A stretch of 64,000 bases of DNA, taken from the NCBI GenBank assembly GCA_965541615.1, contig CBEUCJ010000004.1, positions 91,071 through 155,070 on the forward strand. Reading direction: 5' to 3'. A program made the translations under genes and the position numbers. Numbering within the stretch: position 1 is the stretch's first letter; each line of letters opens with the position of its first letter. Under the pieces are notes generated by a model. It ran no database searches, was not told the origin of the DNA, and saw only the letters and a program-made list of their open reading frames with translations. Of the stretch, positions 50,714-61,395 are shown one piece after another. Source of the stretch: an uncultured bacterium (GTDB lineage: Bacteria; Omnitrophota; Gorgyraeia; Duberdicusellales; CBEUCJ01).

Positions 50714-52591
50714 ATGGAAAGCTTAGAGTTTTTAAAGAATAAACTTTCAGAAAATGATTTTAAAAAAATATCTTCTTTAGAAAACCCTTATCTTAATGAT
50801 TTCCTTCATTTTTACATAAAGCTTTGCAATCCTACTAAGATTTATGTTCTTACCAAACAAGAAGATATAGATTTTATAAGAAAAGAAGCTTTAAAAAACA
50901 AAGAGGAATTTGAGCTTAAAATAAAAGGTCATACAGTCCATTTTGATGGAATAAAAGATCAAGCCAGAGATAAAAAAAATACAAGATTTTTACTTCCTAA
51001 AGGAGAGGAATTGGAAAATATAAATTTCTTAGAAAGAGAAAAAGGTTTGAATGAGGTTTACTCGCTTTTAAAAGATAGTATGAAAGATAGAGCTTTATAT
51101 GTGTGTTTTTTCCTATTAGGACCTAAGAATTCAAAATTCTCTATTCCTTGTGTTCAATTAACAGATTCTGCTTATGTAGCTCATAGTGAATTTATTCTTT
51201 ACAGGACAGGTTTTGAGGAGTTTAAAGATTTAAAGAATAAGAACGATTTTTTTAAATTTGTACATAGTCAAGGAGAGTTAGATGAGAATAAGAATAGTAA
51301 GAATATAGAAAATCGTAGGATTTATATAGATTTAGTGACAAACACTGTACTGAGTGTAAACACCCAATATGGAGGAAACACCATAGGATTAAAAAAGTTA
51401 GCTTTAAGATTAGCTATTAAGAAAGCTTCAAAAGAAGGATGGTTGGCAGAGCACATGTTTATAATGGGAGTAAAAGGTGTTGGTAACAGGGTAACTTATT
51501 TTACAGGAGCTTTTCCTTCCATGTGTGGAAAGACATCCACAGCTATGTTAAAGACTGAATCTATAATAGGAGATGATTTAGCTTATTTGAGAAATGTAGA
51601 TGGAAAAGTTAAAGCTATGAATCCTGAAAAAGGAATGTTTGGTATTCTTCAAGGTATAAATGAAAAAGATGATCCCATTTTGTGGAAAGTTTTGCATTCA
51701 GAGGGAGAGATAATCTTTTCAAATGTCCTTGTAACAGATAACAAAGAAGTATGGTGGCTTGACAAAACACCTGAAGTTCCAAAAAAAGGGAGAAATTTTT
51801 CTGGAAATTGGTTTTTAGGTAAAAAAGATAAAGAAGGAAAAGAAATTCTACCTGCTCATAAAAATGCTAGGTTTACTTTAGATTTAAAATTGTTAGAAAA
51901 TGCAGACCCTAACTTAGATAATCCTGAAGGAGTAGAAATAAAAGCTATATTATATGGAGGCAGAGATTCAGATACTTGGCCACCAATTGAACAAGCTTTT
52001 GATTGGGTGCACGGAGTAATTACTAAAGGAGCTTCTCTAGAGTCAGAGACTACAGCTGCTACTTTAGGAAAAGAAGGTGAAAGAAAATTTGACCCCTTTT
52101 CTAATTTAGATTTTTTATCTGTTCCTATAGGCAAATATATAGAGATGTATTTAAAATTTGGAGAAGGTTTAAAAGAAAAACCTTTAATATTTTCTGTGAA
52201 CTATTTTCTTAAAAATAAAGATGGCAAATTTCTAAACTCTAAAGAAGACAAACTCATATGGTTAAAGTGGGCTGAGTTAAGAGTACACAGAGAAGTGAAA
52301 GCAATTAAAACACCAACAGGATTCATTCCTAAATATGAAGATTTAAGAAGATTATTTAAAGAGTTTCTAAAAAAAGATTATTCTGAGTCTGAATATATTG
52401 AGCAATTTAGTTTAAGGACGAAGGAAAATCTTTCTAAGATCGATAGGATAATAAATATTTATAAAAAACTTTCAAATATTCCTCAAATTCTTTTTGAGGT
52501 ATTAGAAGCACAAAAAGAAAGAATCTTAAAAGCTAAAGAGATTTTTGGAGATTACATTTCTCCATTTAAATTTTCTGAGTGTGAAATATAA
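50714..52591 (+). CDS. pckG: Phosphoenolpyruvate carboxykinase (GTP)
   Basis: GTP-PEPCK motifs (YGGNT, kinase-1a AFPSMCGKTSTAM, IIGDDLAYL); about 625 aa. Confidence 0.85.
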   Translation: MESLEFLKNKLSENDFKKISSLENPYLNDFLHFYIKLCNPTKIYVLTKQEDIDFIRKEALKNKEEFELKIKGHTVHFDGIKDQARDKKNTRFLLPKGEELENINFLEREKGLNEVYSLLKDSMKDRALYVCFFLLGPKNSKFSIPCVQLTDSAYVAHSEFILYRTGFEEFKDLKNKNDFFKFVHSQGELDENKNSKNIENRRIYIDLVTNTVLSVNTQYGGNTIGLKKLALRLAIKKASKEGWLAEHMFIMGVKGVGNRVTYFTGAFPSMCGKTSTAMLKTESIIGDDLAYLRNVDGKVKAMNPEKGMFGILQGINEKDDPILWKVLHSEGEIIFSNVLVTDNKEVWWLDKTPEVPKKGRNFSGNWFLGKKDKEGKEILPAHKNARFTLDLKLLENADPNLDNPEGVEIKAILYGGRDSDTWPPIEQAFDWVHGVITKGASLESETTAATLGKEGERKFDPFSNLDFLSVPIGKYIEMYLKFGEGLKEKPLIFSVNYFLKNKDGKFLNSKEDKLIWLKWAELRVHREVKAIKTPTGFIPKYEDLRRLFKEFLKKDYSESEYIEQFSLRTKENLSKIDRIINIYKKLSNIPQILFEVLEAQKERILKAKEIFGDYISPFKFSECEI

Positions 52592-53060
52592 GATAGGTTT
52601 AGGTTACGATATCCATAAGTTAGAAAAAAATATTCCTCTTTATTTAGGAGGAAGAAAAATAAAATCTCAGTTAGGTTTAAAAGGACATTCTGATGGAGAT
52701 GTTATTTTGCATGCGATTTCAGACGCTATCTTAGGAGCATTAGGAAAAGGAGATATAGGCAAATATTTTCCTCCAACCGATAAAAAAATAAAAGGAATAA
52801 GAAGCACAAAGATAATAGAGAAAGTTTTAGAGATTATGAGATCACAAAAGTTTAAAATTGAAAATTTGGATTTGGTAGTGGTTACCAATTATATAAAATT
52901 AATTGAAATCAAAGAGTTATTAAGAGAAAGTCTCTCTAAAATTTTAAAAGTAAAGAAAGAAGTTATAAATATAAAAGGAAAAACAAATCAAGGGATTGGT
53001 TTAGTAGGAAAAAGTAAAGCTATAGCTTGTTTTTGCACTGTTTTATTAAAAAATGCTTAA
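52581..53060 (+). CDS. ispF: 2-C-methyl-D-erythritol 2,4-cyclodiphosphate synthase
   Basis: IGLGYDIHKL...HSDGDV..HAISDAILGA is canonical IspF. The start is uncertain: in-frame GTG at 52581, or an ATG at 52545 that would overlap pckG by 47 nt. Confidence 0.85.
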   Translation: MKYKIGLGYDIHKLEKNIPLYLGGRKIKSQLGLKGHSDGDVILHAISDAILGALGKGDIGKYFPPTDKKIKGIRSTKIIEKVLEIMRSQKFKIENLDLVVVTNYIKLIEIKELLRESLSKILKVKKEVINIKGKTNQGIGLVGKSKAIACFCTVLLKNA

Positions 53061-54468
53061 GATTTATAATACCCTCACTAGAAAAAAAGAAATATTTTCT
53101 CCTCAAAATAAAGACGAAGTATTAATGTATACGTGTGGGATAACTTCCTATGATTTCTGTCACATAGGACATGCAAGGAGTCTGTATTTTTTTGAAGTTT
53201 TAAGAAGAGTCTTAGAGTTTTTAGGATTTAAAGTAAAATGGGTTAGAAACATAACAGATATCGATGATAAAATAATAGAAAAAGCAAAATTAGAATTTAA
53301 AGATTTAGATATCCAAATTGCAACAAAACTCTTAGCAGAAAAATATATAAAGAGCTATTACCAAGATTTAGAACTTTTAGGGTTAGATACTGCCACAATA
53401 GAACCTAAAGCTACTGAGAATATAAAAGAGATGATAGAGTTTATAGAAGGTTTGATAAAAAAAGGTCATGCTTATTGTGTAAAGGGAAATGTGTATTTTA
53501 AAGTTAAGAGTTTTCCTTCATATGGAAAGTTATCTTTGCAGGATTTAGACTCTCTTTTGAAGAATGTGAGGATAGAGAAAGATGAGAATAAAAAAGATCC
53601 TTTAGATTTTGCTCTTTGGAAGGCTTCAAAAAAAGATGAGCCTTGTTGGGATAGTCCTTGGGGAAAGGGAAGACCTGGTTGGCATATTGAATGTTCAACT
53701 ATGAGTTTAAAGTTTTTAGGCGAAACTCTAGATATTCATGGAGGAGGCACAGATTTAATCTTTCCTCACCATGAAAATGAGATAGCCCAGTCTGAAAGTC
53801 TTACTCAAAAAAAATTTTCTTTGTATTGGGTTCATCACGGGATGGTTTTGGTAGAAGGAAAAAAGATGTCAAAGTCTTTAGGAAATTTTATAACGATAAA
53901 AGATTTTTTAAAAACAAATTCACCTGATGCTCTTAAAATTTTAATTTTGAATTCCCATTATCGTCAACCTTTAGACTTCTCAAAAAGAGTTTTAGATAAT
54001 GCAGAGAATACAAAATTAAGTTTGCAAAAGATACTTTATTTTCTTTTAGAAGTTGCTGATACAGATAGAATAGAGATAGATGAATTGAGGAATTTAGAAA
54101 AAAGATTTACTGAATTTTTAGAAGACGATATAAACACACCAGGAGCTTTAAGTGTATTATTTGAATTGCAAAAAAGAATCTTAGATTTTATAATCCAAAA
54201 TTCTGAGGATTTTGAAAGAAAAGAATTCCTAATTCAGGCAAAAGCTCTTTTTAAAAAAATGTTAGGAGTTTTAGGGTTATTTAAGAAATTCAGTGTAGAT
54301 AAAGAAGAGGTAAATTTTATTAAAGAGAAAATAGCACAGAGAGCTCTTTTAAGAAAAAAGAAAGAATTTAAAAAAGCTGATATCATAAGAGAAGAGTTGA
54401 AAAATAAAGGTATTGTATTAGAAGACTTACCAAAGAGAACTTTATGGTACAGAAAAGAGCTTTCATAG
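53053..54468 (+). CDS. cysS: Cysteinyl-tRNA synthetase
   Basis: Class I HIGH (CHIGHARS) and KMSKS motifs, plus a CysRS zinc ligand context. Confidence 0.92.
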   Translation: MLKIYNTLTRKKEIFSPQNKDEVLMYTCGITSYDFCHIGHARSLYFFEVLRRVLEFLGFKVKWVRNITDIDDKIIEKAKLEFKDLDIQIATKLLAEKYIKSYYQDLELLGLDTATIEPKATENIKEMIEFIEGLIKKGHAYCVKGNVYFKVKSFPSYGKLSLQDLDSLLKNVRIEKDENKKDPLDFALWKASKKDEPCWDSPWGKGRPGWHIECSTMSLKFLGETLDIHGGGTDLIFPHHENEIAQSESLTQKKFSLYWVHHGMVLVEGKKMSKSLGNFITIKDFLKTNSPDALKILILNSHYRQPLDFSKRVLDNAENTKLSLQKILYFLLEVADTDRIEIDELRNLEKRFTEFLEDDINTPGALSVLFELQKRILDFIIQNSEDFERKEFLIQAKALFKKMLGVLGLFKKFSVDKEEVNFIKEKIAQRALLRKKKEFKKADIIREELKNKGIVLEDLPKRTLWYRKELS

Positions 54469-55088
54469 TCAGTTTTGAAGGGATAGAAGCTTGTGGTAAG
54501 AGTACACAGTTTAAAATGTTATGTAATTTTTTAAGAAAGAAGAAAATAAAATTTTTAAGCTTTTCTGAGCCAGGTTCCACTAAAGTAGGTAAAGTAATAA
54601 GAAGTTTACTGTTAGATCCAAAATTTAAATTGTTCCCTTTGACTGAAGCTTTGCTATTTATGGCTTGTAGAACTCAACTCTTGAAAGAAAAAGTAATACC
54701 CAATTTAAATAAGGCTCAGATAATTCTATTTGACCGATACATAGATTCAACTTTAGCTTATCAGTTTTTAAGTCAAAATACACAAATAGACTTCAAAACT
54801 GCATTAAATTTAGTTAAAAAGTTTAGTTTTGAAATCTTACCTGATTTAACTTTTGTTTTAGATATTTCTCCATATCTTTCTTTAAAGAGAAAAAAAGACA
54901 AAGATAGATTTTTTAAGAAATCTTTAAATTTCCATGCTAAGGTAAGGAAGGCTTATAAGGAATTAGCAAAAATTTTTCCTAAAAGGATAGTGATTTTAAA
55001 TGCTTTGAAAAGTAGAGAAGAGTTATTCAAAGAGATATTAGAAATTCTTTCTAAAAGATGCAATGTTTTTATGAACTTCAACCTCTAA
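54444..55088 (+). CDS. tmk: Thymidylate kinase
   Basis: P-loop FEGIEACGKSTQ; the DRY motif appears as DRYIDS. Confidence 0.9.
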   Translation: MVQKRAFIVSFEGIEACGKSTQFKMLCNFLRKKKIKFLSFSEPGSTKVGKVIRSLLLDPKFKLFPLTEALLFMACRTQLLKEKVIPNLNKAQIILFDRYIDSTLAYQFLSQNTQIDFKTALNLVKKFSFEILPDLTFVLDISPYLSLKRKKDKDRFFKKSLNFHAKVRKAYKELAKIFPKRIVILNALKSREELFKEILEILSKRCNVFMNFNL

Positions 55089-55987
55089 TCTGGAAATTTT
55101 TAACTTTGAGATTTTCTCACAAAAACCTTTCACATTCTCTTTTATTTTTAGGAAGAGAAACGCAATTTGAGATAGCTTTAGATTTTGCAAAATTTGTATT
55201 TTGTAATTCTGAAAATAAGCCTTGCAATACCTGCCAAGATTGTCTAAAAGTAAATGCTAAGATTCACCCTGACCTTTTTATATTAGAATCAGATAATAAA
55301 ACTATAAAAATAGAAATGATCAGAGATTTGATAAAGAAAGCACATTCTACACCTGTAAGAGCTGAGTATAAAATATTTATAATAAAAGATGCTAAAGATT
55401 TTAATTTAGAATCTGCAAACGCTTTCTTAAAAACTTTAGAAGAACCACCCTTAGATTGTTTTTTTATACTCATCACAGAGTCTAAAGAAAATCTTTTACC
55501 AACGATCGTATCTAGATGCTTTAGGATTTACTTTCCCTATCCAGATAAACTTCAGTTAATAAAATTTATAATTAAAAATTATAATCTGTCAGAAGAAGAA
55601 GCTAAAGTCTTAGCAAAAAAATCTGGTTATTCTTTAAATAAATTGAGAGAGTTGAAAGATAAAAATCTGATAACACAAAAAAAAGATGTTTTAAAAAGAG
55701 CCTTTTCTCATCAATACAAGGAGTTTGCAGATAGAGAGAAATTAAAAAAAGATTTGGATGTTTTGATAAGTTTTTTAAGAGATCTAATATTTTATAAACT
55801 AGATCTTAAAGAAGAGATATTTAATATAGATTTAAATGAATATCTCCAAAAGATTTCTTTTTCTTTTAAAATAGAAAATATTTTGAAAATTTTGGAAACC
55901 TTTTTTAAAATAAAAGAAGCACAAAACAACATCAATTTAAGATTAGCGAGTTTGTTAGTAAATGAAGTTTTAAGATGGCAAAGTTAG
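55058..55987 (+). CDS. holB: DNA polymerase III delta' subunit
   Basis: AAA+-like clamp-loader fold with a zinc module (C..C..CQDC) and the KTLEEPP motif. Confidence 0.85.
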   Translation: MQCFYELQPLIWKFLTLRFSHKNLSHSLLFLGRETQFEIALDFAKFVFCNSENKPCNTCQDCLKVNAKIHPDLFILESDNKTIKIEMIRDLIKKAHSTPVRAEYKIFIIKDAKDFNLESANAFLKTLEEPPLDCFFILITESKENLLPTIVSRCFRIYFPYPDKLQLIKFIIKNYNLSEEEAKVLAKKSGYSLNKLRELKDKNLITQKKDVLKRAFSHQYKEFADREKLKKDLDVLISFLRDLIFYKLDLKEEIFNIDLNEYLQKISFSFKIENILKILETFFKIKEAQNNINLRLASLLVNEVLRWQS

Positions 55988-56748
55988 TAGAAGTAAGACT
56001 GAGAGAAATAGGTTGGACAGAACCTTTTTTAACTGAAATCGATTTGAATTTGGGAGAGTTAGTAATAGTAGAGCAAGAGAGAGGTATTGATTGGGGAGAA
56101 GTAATTTCAGAATCTGTAGAGTTCATGGAGACTCAAAAAAAAGAGTATAAAAAAGTAATAAGAAAGGTTAACAAAGAAGATTTAAAACAAATCCAAGAAA
56201 ATAAAAAAGCTGCTAAGTCAGCTTTAAAAGTTTGTGAAAAGAAGGTCTTAGAACATAAATTGCCTATGAAGTTAGTAGGAGCTGAATACTCTTTTGATAG
56301 AACAAAAGTCATCTTTTACTTTACAGCTGATCACAGGATAGATTTTAGAGCTTTAGTTAGAGATTTGGCAAAGATATTTAAGATAAGAATAGAAATGCGC
56401 CAGATTGGAGTTAGAGATGAGGCGAAGATTTTTGGAGGATTAGGGATCTGTGGGAGACCTTTATGTTGTGCTACTTTTTTAAAAAGTTTTTCTCCAGTGA
56501 GTATAAAATTAGCTAAAGAACAGCAGTTGCCTTTGAATCCTCAAAAGATATCAGGGGTATGTGGGAAATTGATGTGTTGTTTAGGTTTTGAGGCAGATAT
56601 TTATAAAGAGATTTTAAAAAAATTACCTAAAGTCGGAAAGGAGATAAAAACTCCTCAAGGAAAAGGAAAAGTCGTAGCTTTAAATCCATTAAAACAATCA
56701 GTGATTGTAGAATTAGAAGATAGACAAATAGAATATTTTATAAAATGA
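55975..56748 (+). CDS. PSP1-domain protein (RicT/YaaT-like)
   Basis: PSP1 C-terminal region with a conserved Cys cluster (GICGRPLCCATFL...VCGKLMCCLGF). Confidence 0.8.
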   Translation: MAKLVEVRLREIGWTEPFLTEIDLNLGELVIVEQERGIDWGEVISESVEFMETQKKEYKKVIRKVNKEDLKQIQENKKAAKSALKVCEKKVLEHKLPMKLVGAEYSFDRTKVIFYFTADHRIDFRALVRDLAKIFKIRIEMRQIGVRDEAKIFGGLGICGRPLCCATFLKSFSPVSIKLAKEQQLPLNPQKISGVCGKLMCCLGFEADIYKEILKKLPKVGKEIKTPQGKGKVVALNPLKQSVIVELEDRQIEYFIK

Positions 56749-58265
56749 AGATTATTTATATTACCACTCCTCTTTACTATGTAAATGCACCTCCCCACAT
56801 AGGTCATGCTTATACTAACATAATAGCAGATTCTTATAATAGGGCTTTAAAACTCTTAGGAAAAAAAACCTTTTTTTTAACAGGTACTGATGAACATGGA
56901 CAAAAAGTATTGAATGAAGCTAAGAAAAGAAATCAAGACGTTAAAGAATTTGTAGATTCAGTTCAAGAGAATTTTAAAAAACTATGGAAAATTTTAAATA
57001 TTGAATATGATGATTTTATAAGAACTACACAACCCCGACACACCAAAATAGTCAAAAAAGTATTAGAGATTCTTTTTAAAAAAGGAGAGATCTATGAAGG
57101 GTTTTATGAAGGGTTTTATTGTGTTCCATGTGAGACTTTTTGGAATAAAAAAGATTTAATTTCAGGAGAAAGATGCCCTCAATGTAAAAGGAAAGTAGAG
57201 TTTTTAAAAGAGAAGAATTATTTTCTAAAGATATCAAAGTATCAAAAAGATTTAGAAAAATTTTTAAAAGAAAATCCAGATTTCATTTATCCTACACAGA
57301 GATTCAATGAGATAATAGGTTTCTTGAACACACATAATTTAGAGGATATTTGTATTACTCGTCCTAAAAAAAGACTAAGTTGGGGAGTAGAAGTTCCCTT
57401 TTCTCCTGAATATGTAACTTATGTGTGGTTCGACGCGCTTTTAAATTATATAAGTGCACCCGGTTTCTTAGAAGATGAAGATAAATTTTCCAAACTATGG
57501 CCAGCAGATGTCCATTTTATAGGTAAAGATATATTACGTCAGCATGCAATATTGTGGCCTATAATTTTAAAAACTTTGGATTTAGATTTTCCTAAAAAAA
57601 TAGTAGCTCATGGTTGGTGGTTGGTGGGAGAAGAGAAGATGTCTAAATCTAAAGGAAATATAGTTTCGCCTTTTATATTTTGTGAAAAATATTCAAGCGA
57701 TGCTTTAAGGTTTTTTATGTTAAGGGAAGTACCTTTAGGTCAAGATGGAAACTTTAATGAGGAAAATTTTGTTCACAGGTACAATTCAGACTTAGCAAAT
57801 GATTTAGGAAATCTTATATTTAGAACCCTTACTATGGTAGAAAAATATTTTAATTGTGAGTTAGAACCATCTGAAAAAGCTCCTTTTTCTGGGTTTTCTC
57901 AATTTTTAGATAAGAAAGATTTGTTAAAAAGATACTTAGAGGAGATAAATTTCTATAACTATTTAGAAGAAGTATTTAAATTCATTAATACAGCTAATAA
58001 GTTCATAGAAGAAGAAAAACCTTGGCAGATGGCAAAAGAAAACAGAAAAGACCTTCTAAGAGATTTCCTCTATCAGCTTTTAGAAGTATTGAGATTGGTA
58101 GCTTTATTACTTTCACCAGTGTTACCTGTTACTTCCAAAAAGATCTTTGAACAATTAAATTTTGAATCAGAGTTAAATTTTGAGAAAGAATTTGTTTGGG
58201 GATACATGAAAAGAAAGATAGTCATTAAGAAATTTCCCCCTCTTTTTCCAAGGATTAAATGGTAG
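56745..58265 (+). CDS. metG: Methionyl-tRNA synthetase (short form without the C-terminal tRNA-binding domain)
   Basis: HIGH (PHIGHAYT), KMSKS and a Zn knuckle (CVPCE...CPQC). Confidence 0.92.
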   Translation: MKIIYITTPLYYVNAPPHIGHAYTNIIADSYNRALKLLGKKTFFLTGTDEHGQKVLNEAKKRNQDVKEFVDSVQENFKKLWKILNIEYDDFIRTTQPRHTKIVKKVLEILFKKGEIYEGFYEGFYCVPCETFWNKKDLISGERCPQCKRKVEFLKEKNYFLKISKYQKDLEKFLKENPDFIYPTQRFNEIIGFLNTHNLEDICITRPKKRLSWGVEVPFSPEYVTYVWFDALLNYISAPGFLEDEDKFSKLWPADVHFIGKDILRQHAILWPIILKTLDLDFPKKIVAHGWWLVGEEKMSKSKGNIVSPFIFCEKYSSDALRFFMLREVPLGQDGNFNEENFVHRYNSDLANDLGNLIFRTLTMVEKYFNCELEPSEKAPFSGFSQFLDKKDLLKRYLEEINFYNYLEEVFKFINTANKFIEEEKPWQMAKENRKDLLRDFLYQLLEVLRLVALLLSPVLPVTSKKIFEQLNFESELNFEKEFVWGYMKRKIVIKKFPPLFPRIKW

Positions 58266-59023
58266 ATTCTCATTGTCATTTAGATTTTCAACAGTTTGAT
58301 AAGGATAGATTTTTTGTAATAAAGAGATGCCAAGAGACTTTAAATTTTTGTATTAATCCTACAGTTAATGCAGAGTCTGTTAAAAAATCTTTAGAAGTAT
58401 TAAAAGACTATGAGTTTATCTATATTCTTTTAGGATTTCATCCTCATTATGCAAAAGATTTTAAAAATGAAATCTTAGAGTTTTACAAAGATTTACTTAG
58501 AAAAGAAAAGAAGATAGTAGGAATAGGAGAAGTTGGATTAGATTTTTACAAAAACCTTTCTCCTAAAAATATACAAATCAATGTCTTTGAAAAATTTTTG
58601 GAGTTAGCTATGCAATACAAACTTCCTTTAGTTATCCATTTGAGAGAAGCTGAATCTGAAGCAGAGAGAATACTAAATAATTATAAATTTAATTCACCTG
58701 TAATAATGCATTGTTTTTCACATTCATATAGATTTTTTGAGTATTGTCTTGAGAGAGGATTTTATTTAAGCTTTGCAGGAAACATAACTTATCCTCAAAA
58801 TAATCTTTTGAGAGAGATTTTAAAGAAAACCCCTTTAGATAGACTTCTTTTAGAGACAGATTCTCCTTATCTTACTCCTCAAGAGAAGAGAGGTTTAAGA
58901 AATGAACCCAGTTTTATAATTTATACTTTAAGATTTGTCTCTGAACTTATAAATTTGGAAGAAAAGAAATTAGAGAAAATAATTGAAGAAAATTCAAAAA
59001 AAGCTTTTATGATAAACAGATGA
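58259..59023 (+). CDS. tatD: TatD-family metal-dependent hydrolase/DNase
   Basis: MVDSHCHLDF start and TatD His/Glu/Asp ligand pattern. Confidence 0.88.
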   Translation: MVDSHCHLDFQQFDKDRFFVIKRCQETLNFCINPTVNAESVKKSLEVLKDYEFIYILLGFHPHYAKDFKNEILEFYKDLLRKEKKIVGIGEVGLDFYKNLSPKNIQINVFEKFLELAMQYKLPLVIHLREAESEAERILNNYKFNSPVIMHCFSHSYRFFEYCLERGFYLSFAGNITYPQNNLLREILKKTPLDRLLLETDSPYLTPQEKRGLRNEPSFIIYTLRFVSELINLEEKKLEKIIEENSKKAFMINR

Positions 59024-60054
59024 AAGGATTTAAGACTCTTTATTTTAAATCAGGTTTTCTTTATATTTTAGATCAAAAAAAACTCCCTCAAAAATTAAGT
59101 TATATAAAATGTAAAACTGTAAAGGATGTATTTAGAGCTATTAAAAACATGCATGTAAGAGGAGCTCCAGCTATTGGAGTAGCTGCTGGATTTGGAGTAT
59201 ATTTAGGTATAAAAAATGAAAAGAAATACATCTATAAAAAAGCAAAACAGAGTATAGAATTATTAAAGAAATCTAGACCCACAGCTAGGAATCTCTTTTG
59301 GGTATTAGAGAGAATGGAAAAAATTTTAGAGGAAAACAAAACTATTGCTCTGAATGCGCTTAAAAAAAAGATTTTGAAAGAAGCTAAAACTATCTATGAA
59401 TGGGAGAAAAAGGTAGCTTACCAGATAGGAAAAGAAGGTGCTAAACTCATAAAAAAGGGAGATAGGATTCTTACTATATGCAATGCTGGAGCATTAGCTA
59501 CTGTAGATTGGGGGACTGCTTTAAGTGTAATTTACATAGCTTCAAAGAATAAAAAGAATATAAAAGTTTATGCTTTAGAGACAAGACCTTTATTACAAGG
59601 TGCAAGATTAACCTGTTGGGAGTTAAAAAGAGAAGGAGTAAATACAATTCTTATTTGTGATAATGCAGCTGCTAAATTGATGGCTGAAGGAAAGATAGAC
59701 AAAATCATAGTAGGAGCTGATAGGATAACTTTGAATGGAGATACAGCCAATAAAATTGGTACTTTAAATTTGGCAATTTTAGCAAAGTATTTTAATATTC
59801 CTTTTTATGTAGCAGCTCCTACTTCTACTTTTGATCTTTCTTTAGAAACAGGTTCTCAAATTCCTATAGAAGAAAGAGATAAAAAAGAAGTACTTTTTAT
59901 AAATAATAAACCCATAGCTCCTTTAGATGTAAAAGTTTATAACCCAGCTTTTGATGTTACTCCTCATACTTTAATAACAGCATTCATAACAGAAAGAGGA
60001 ATTATACAAAGACCTTTCAGAAGAAATATTCTGAAAACTTTTAAGGAAAGATGA
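59020..60054 (+). CDS. mtnA: S-methyl-5-thioribose-1-phosphate isomerase (eIF-2B alpha/beta/delta family)
   Basis: Family motifs (RGAPAIGVAAG, ICNAGALAT, GADRI). Confidence 0.82.
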   Translation: MKGFKTLYFKSGFLYILDQKKLPQKLSYIKCKTVKDVFRAIKNMHVRGAPAIGVAAGFGVYLGIKNEKKYIYKKAKQSIELLKKSRPTARNLFWVLERMEKILEENKTIALNALKKKILKEAKTIYEWEKKVAYQIGKEGAKLIKKGDRILTICNAGALATVDWGTALSVIYIASKNKKNIKVYALETRPLLQGARLTCWELKREGVNTILICDNAAAKLMAEGKIDKIIVGADRITLNGDTANKIGTLNLAILAKYFNIPFYVAAPTSTFDLSLETGSQIPIEERDKKEVLFINNKPIAPLDVKVYNPAFDVTPHTLITAFITERGIIQRPFRRNILKTFKER

Positions 60055-60932
60055 TAGGTTCTAATTTAGAATTGGATTTGGTAAAAAGATTAGAAAAAAT
60101 AAATTTTAAAGATAAATTTCTAGTAAAGGGAATAGGTGATGATTGTGCAGTTATAAAATATTTAGGTGATTATTATCTTTTAATTTCTAGTGATGTTTCA
60201 GTAAACAAAGTTCATTTTGATTTGAAGAAAGATCCTTTAAAATTTATTTTAGAAAAAGCAGTTTTAAGTAGTGTTTCAGATATTTTAGCTTGTGGAGGAA
60301 GACCTTTATACTTGATTTTGAGTGCAGCTTTTCCTAAAGATATTTTGAAAAAGTATAAAGAGATAATAGAGATTTTAAAAAAAATAAGTAAAAAATTTAA
60401 TTTAAAGCTTATAGGAGGAGATACGAGTAAAGCTCAAACTGCTTTTATAGATGCAACTGTTATTGGTTTGGTGAGAAAAAAAGAGCTTCTTTTGAGAGAT
60501 AATGTGAATTTGGGAGATAAGATTTTTGTCACAGGCACTTTAGGAAAAGGAAAGTTTAAAAAATGGAAATTAAGATATAAAGAAGTAGAGTTGATTAAAA
60601 AATACAGTCCTAAAGGAGTAATAGATATAACAGATGGTTTAGTCTTAGATTTATATAGAGTTTTAAGCAAGAAAAAGTTAGGAGCTTATCTCTATAAAGA
60701 AAATATTCCTTTATTTAAAAAAGCTAGTTTGGAAGACGCTCTATTTTGGGGAGAAGATTTTGAGATTCTTTTTTTCTTATCATCTCAAAAAACTAAAACC
60801 TTTTTAAATTCAGAAGATTTTAAAAAAGCTAAATTTTCTTTTATTGGAGAAGTAATACCAGAAAAAGCTATTTACTTAAAAGATAAAAGTTCCAAAAAAA
60901 AGCTACCTATAAAAGGCTATTTACATTTCTAA
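60051..60932 (+). CDS. thiL: Thiamine-monophosphate kinase (AIR-synthase-related fold)
   Basis: GIGDDCAV motif. Gene order thiL-tsaE-tsaB as in Bacillus. Confidence 0.75.
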   Translation: MIGSNLELDLVKRLEKINFKDKFLVKGIGDDCAVIKYLGDYYLLISSDVSVNKVHFDLKKDPLKFILEKAVLSSVSDILACGGRPLYLILSAAFPKDILKKYKEIIEILKKISKKFNLKLIGGDTSKAQTAFIDATVIGLVRKKELLLRDNVNLGDKIFVTGTLGKGKFKKWKLRYKEVELIKKYSPKGVIDITDGLVLDLYRVLSKKKLGAYLYKENIPLFKKASLEDALFWGEDFEILFFLSSQKTKTFLNSEDFKKAKFSFIGEVIPEKAIYLKDKSSKKKLPIKGYLHF

Positions 60933-60933
60933 A

Positions 60934-61395
60934 ATGGTTTTAAACTCAGATTCTTACAAAGATACTCTTTTTATAGCACAAACTTTAGGTAATTTCTTAA
61001 AAGAAAAGGATGTCGTTTTGTTTTCAGGAGAGTTAGGTGCAGGAAAGACTACATTCATAAAAGGAATATGTAAGGCAAAAGGTGTAAATTTTAACAGAGT
61101 AAATTCCCCTTCTTTTGTAATTTTAAATATTTATGAAGGCAAAATAAAAATATTCCATTTTGATTTCTTTAGATTAGATACTTATCAAATCTTAGACTTA
61201 GGAATCTACGATTATTTAGAAGAAAATGCTCTTTTTTTAATAGAATGGTCTTGTAAGATTAAAGAATTTTTGGAAAGAAAAGATATTGAGGTAGAGTTAG
61301 AGTATTTAGATTTAAATAGAAGAAAGATAACATTTAGATATTTTTCAAAAAGGGGAAAAAATATTTTAGAAGGATTCAAAAAAGCTTTAAAATGA
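60934..61395 (+). CDS. tsaE: tRNA threonylcarbamoyladenosine biosynthesis ATPase TsaE
   Basis: P-loop GELGAGKTTF; about 150 aa. Confidence 0.88.
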   Translation: MVLNSDSYKDTLFIAQTLGNFLKEKDVVLFSGELGAGKTTFIKGICKAKGVNFNRVNSPSFVILNIYEGKIKIFHFDFFRLDTYQILDLGIYDYLEENALFLIEWSCKIKEFLERKDIEVELEYLDLNRRKITFRYFSKRGKNILEGFKKALK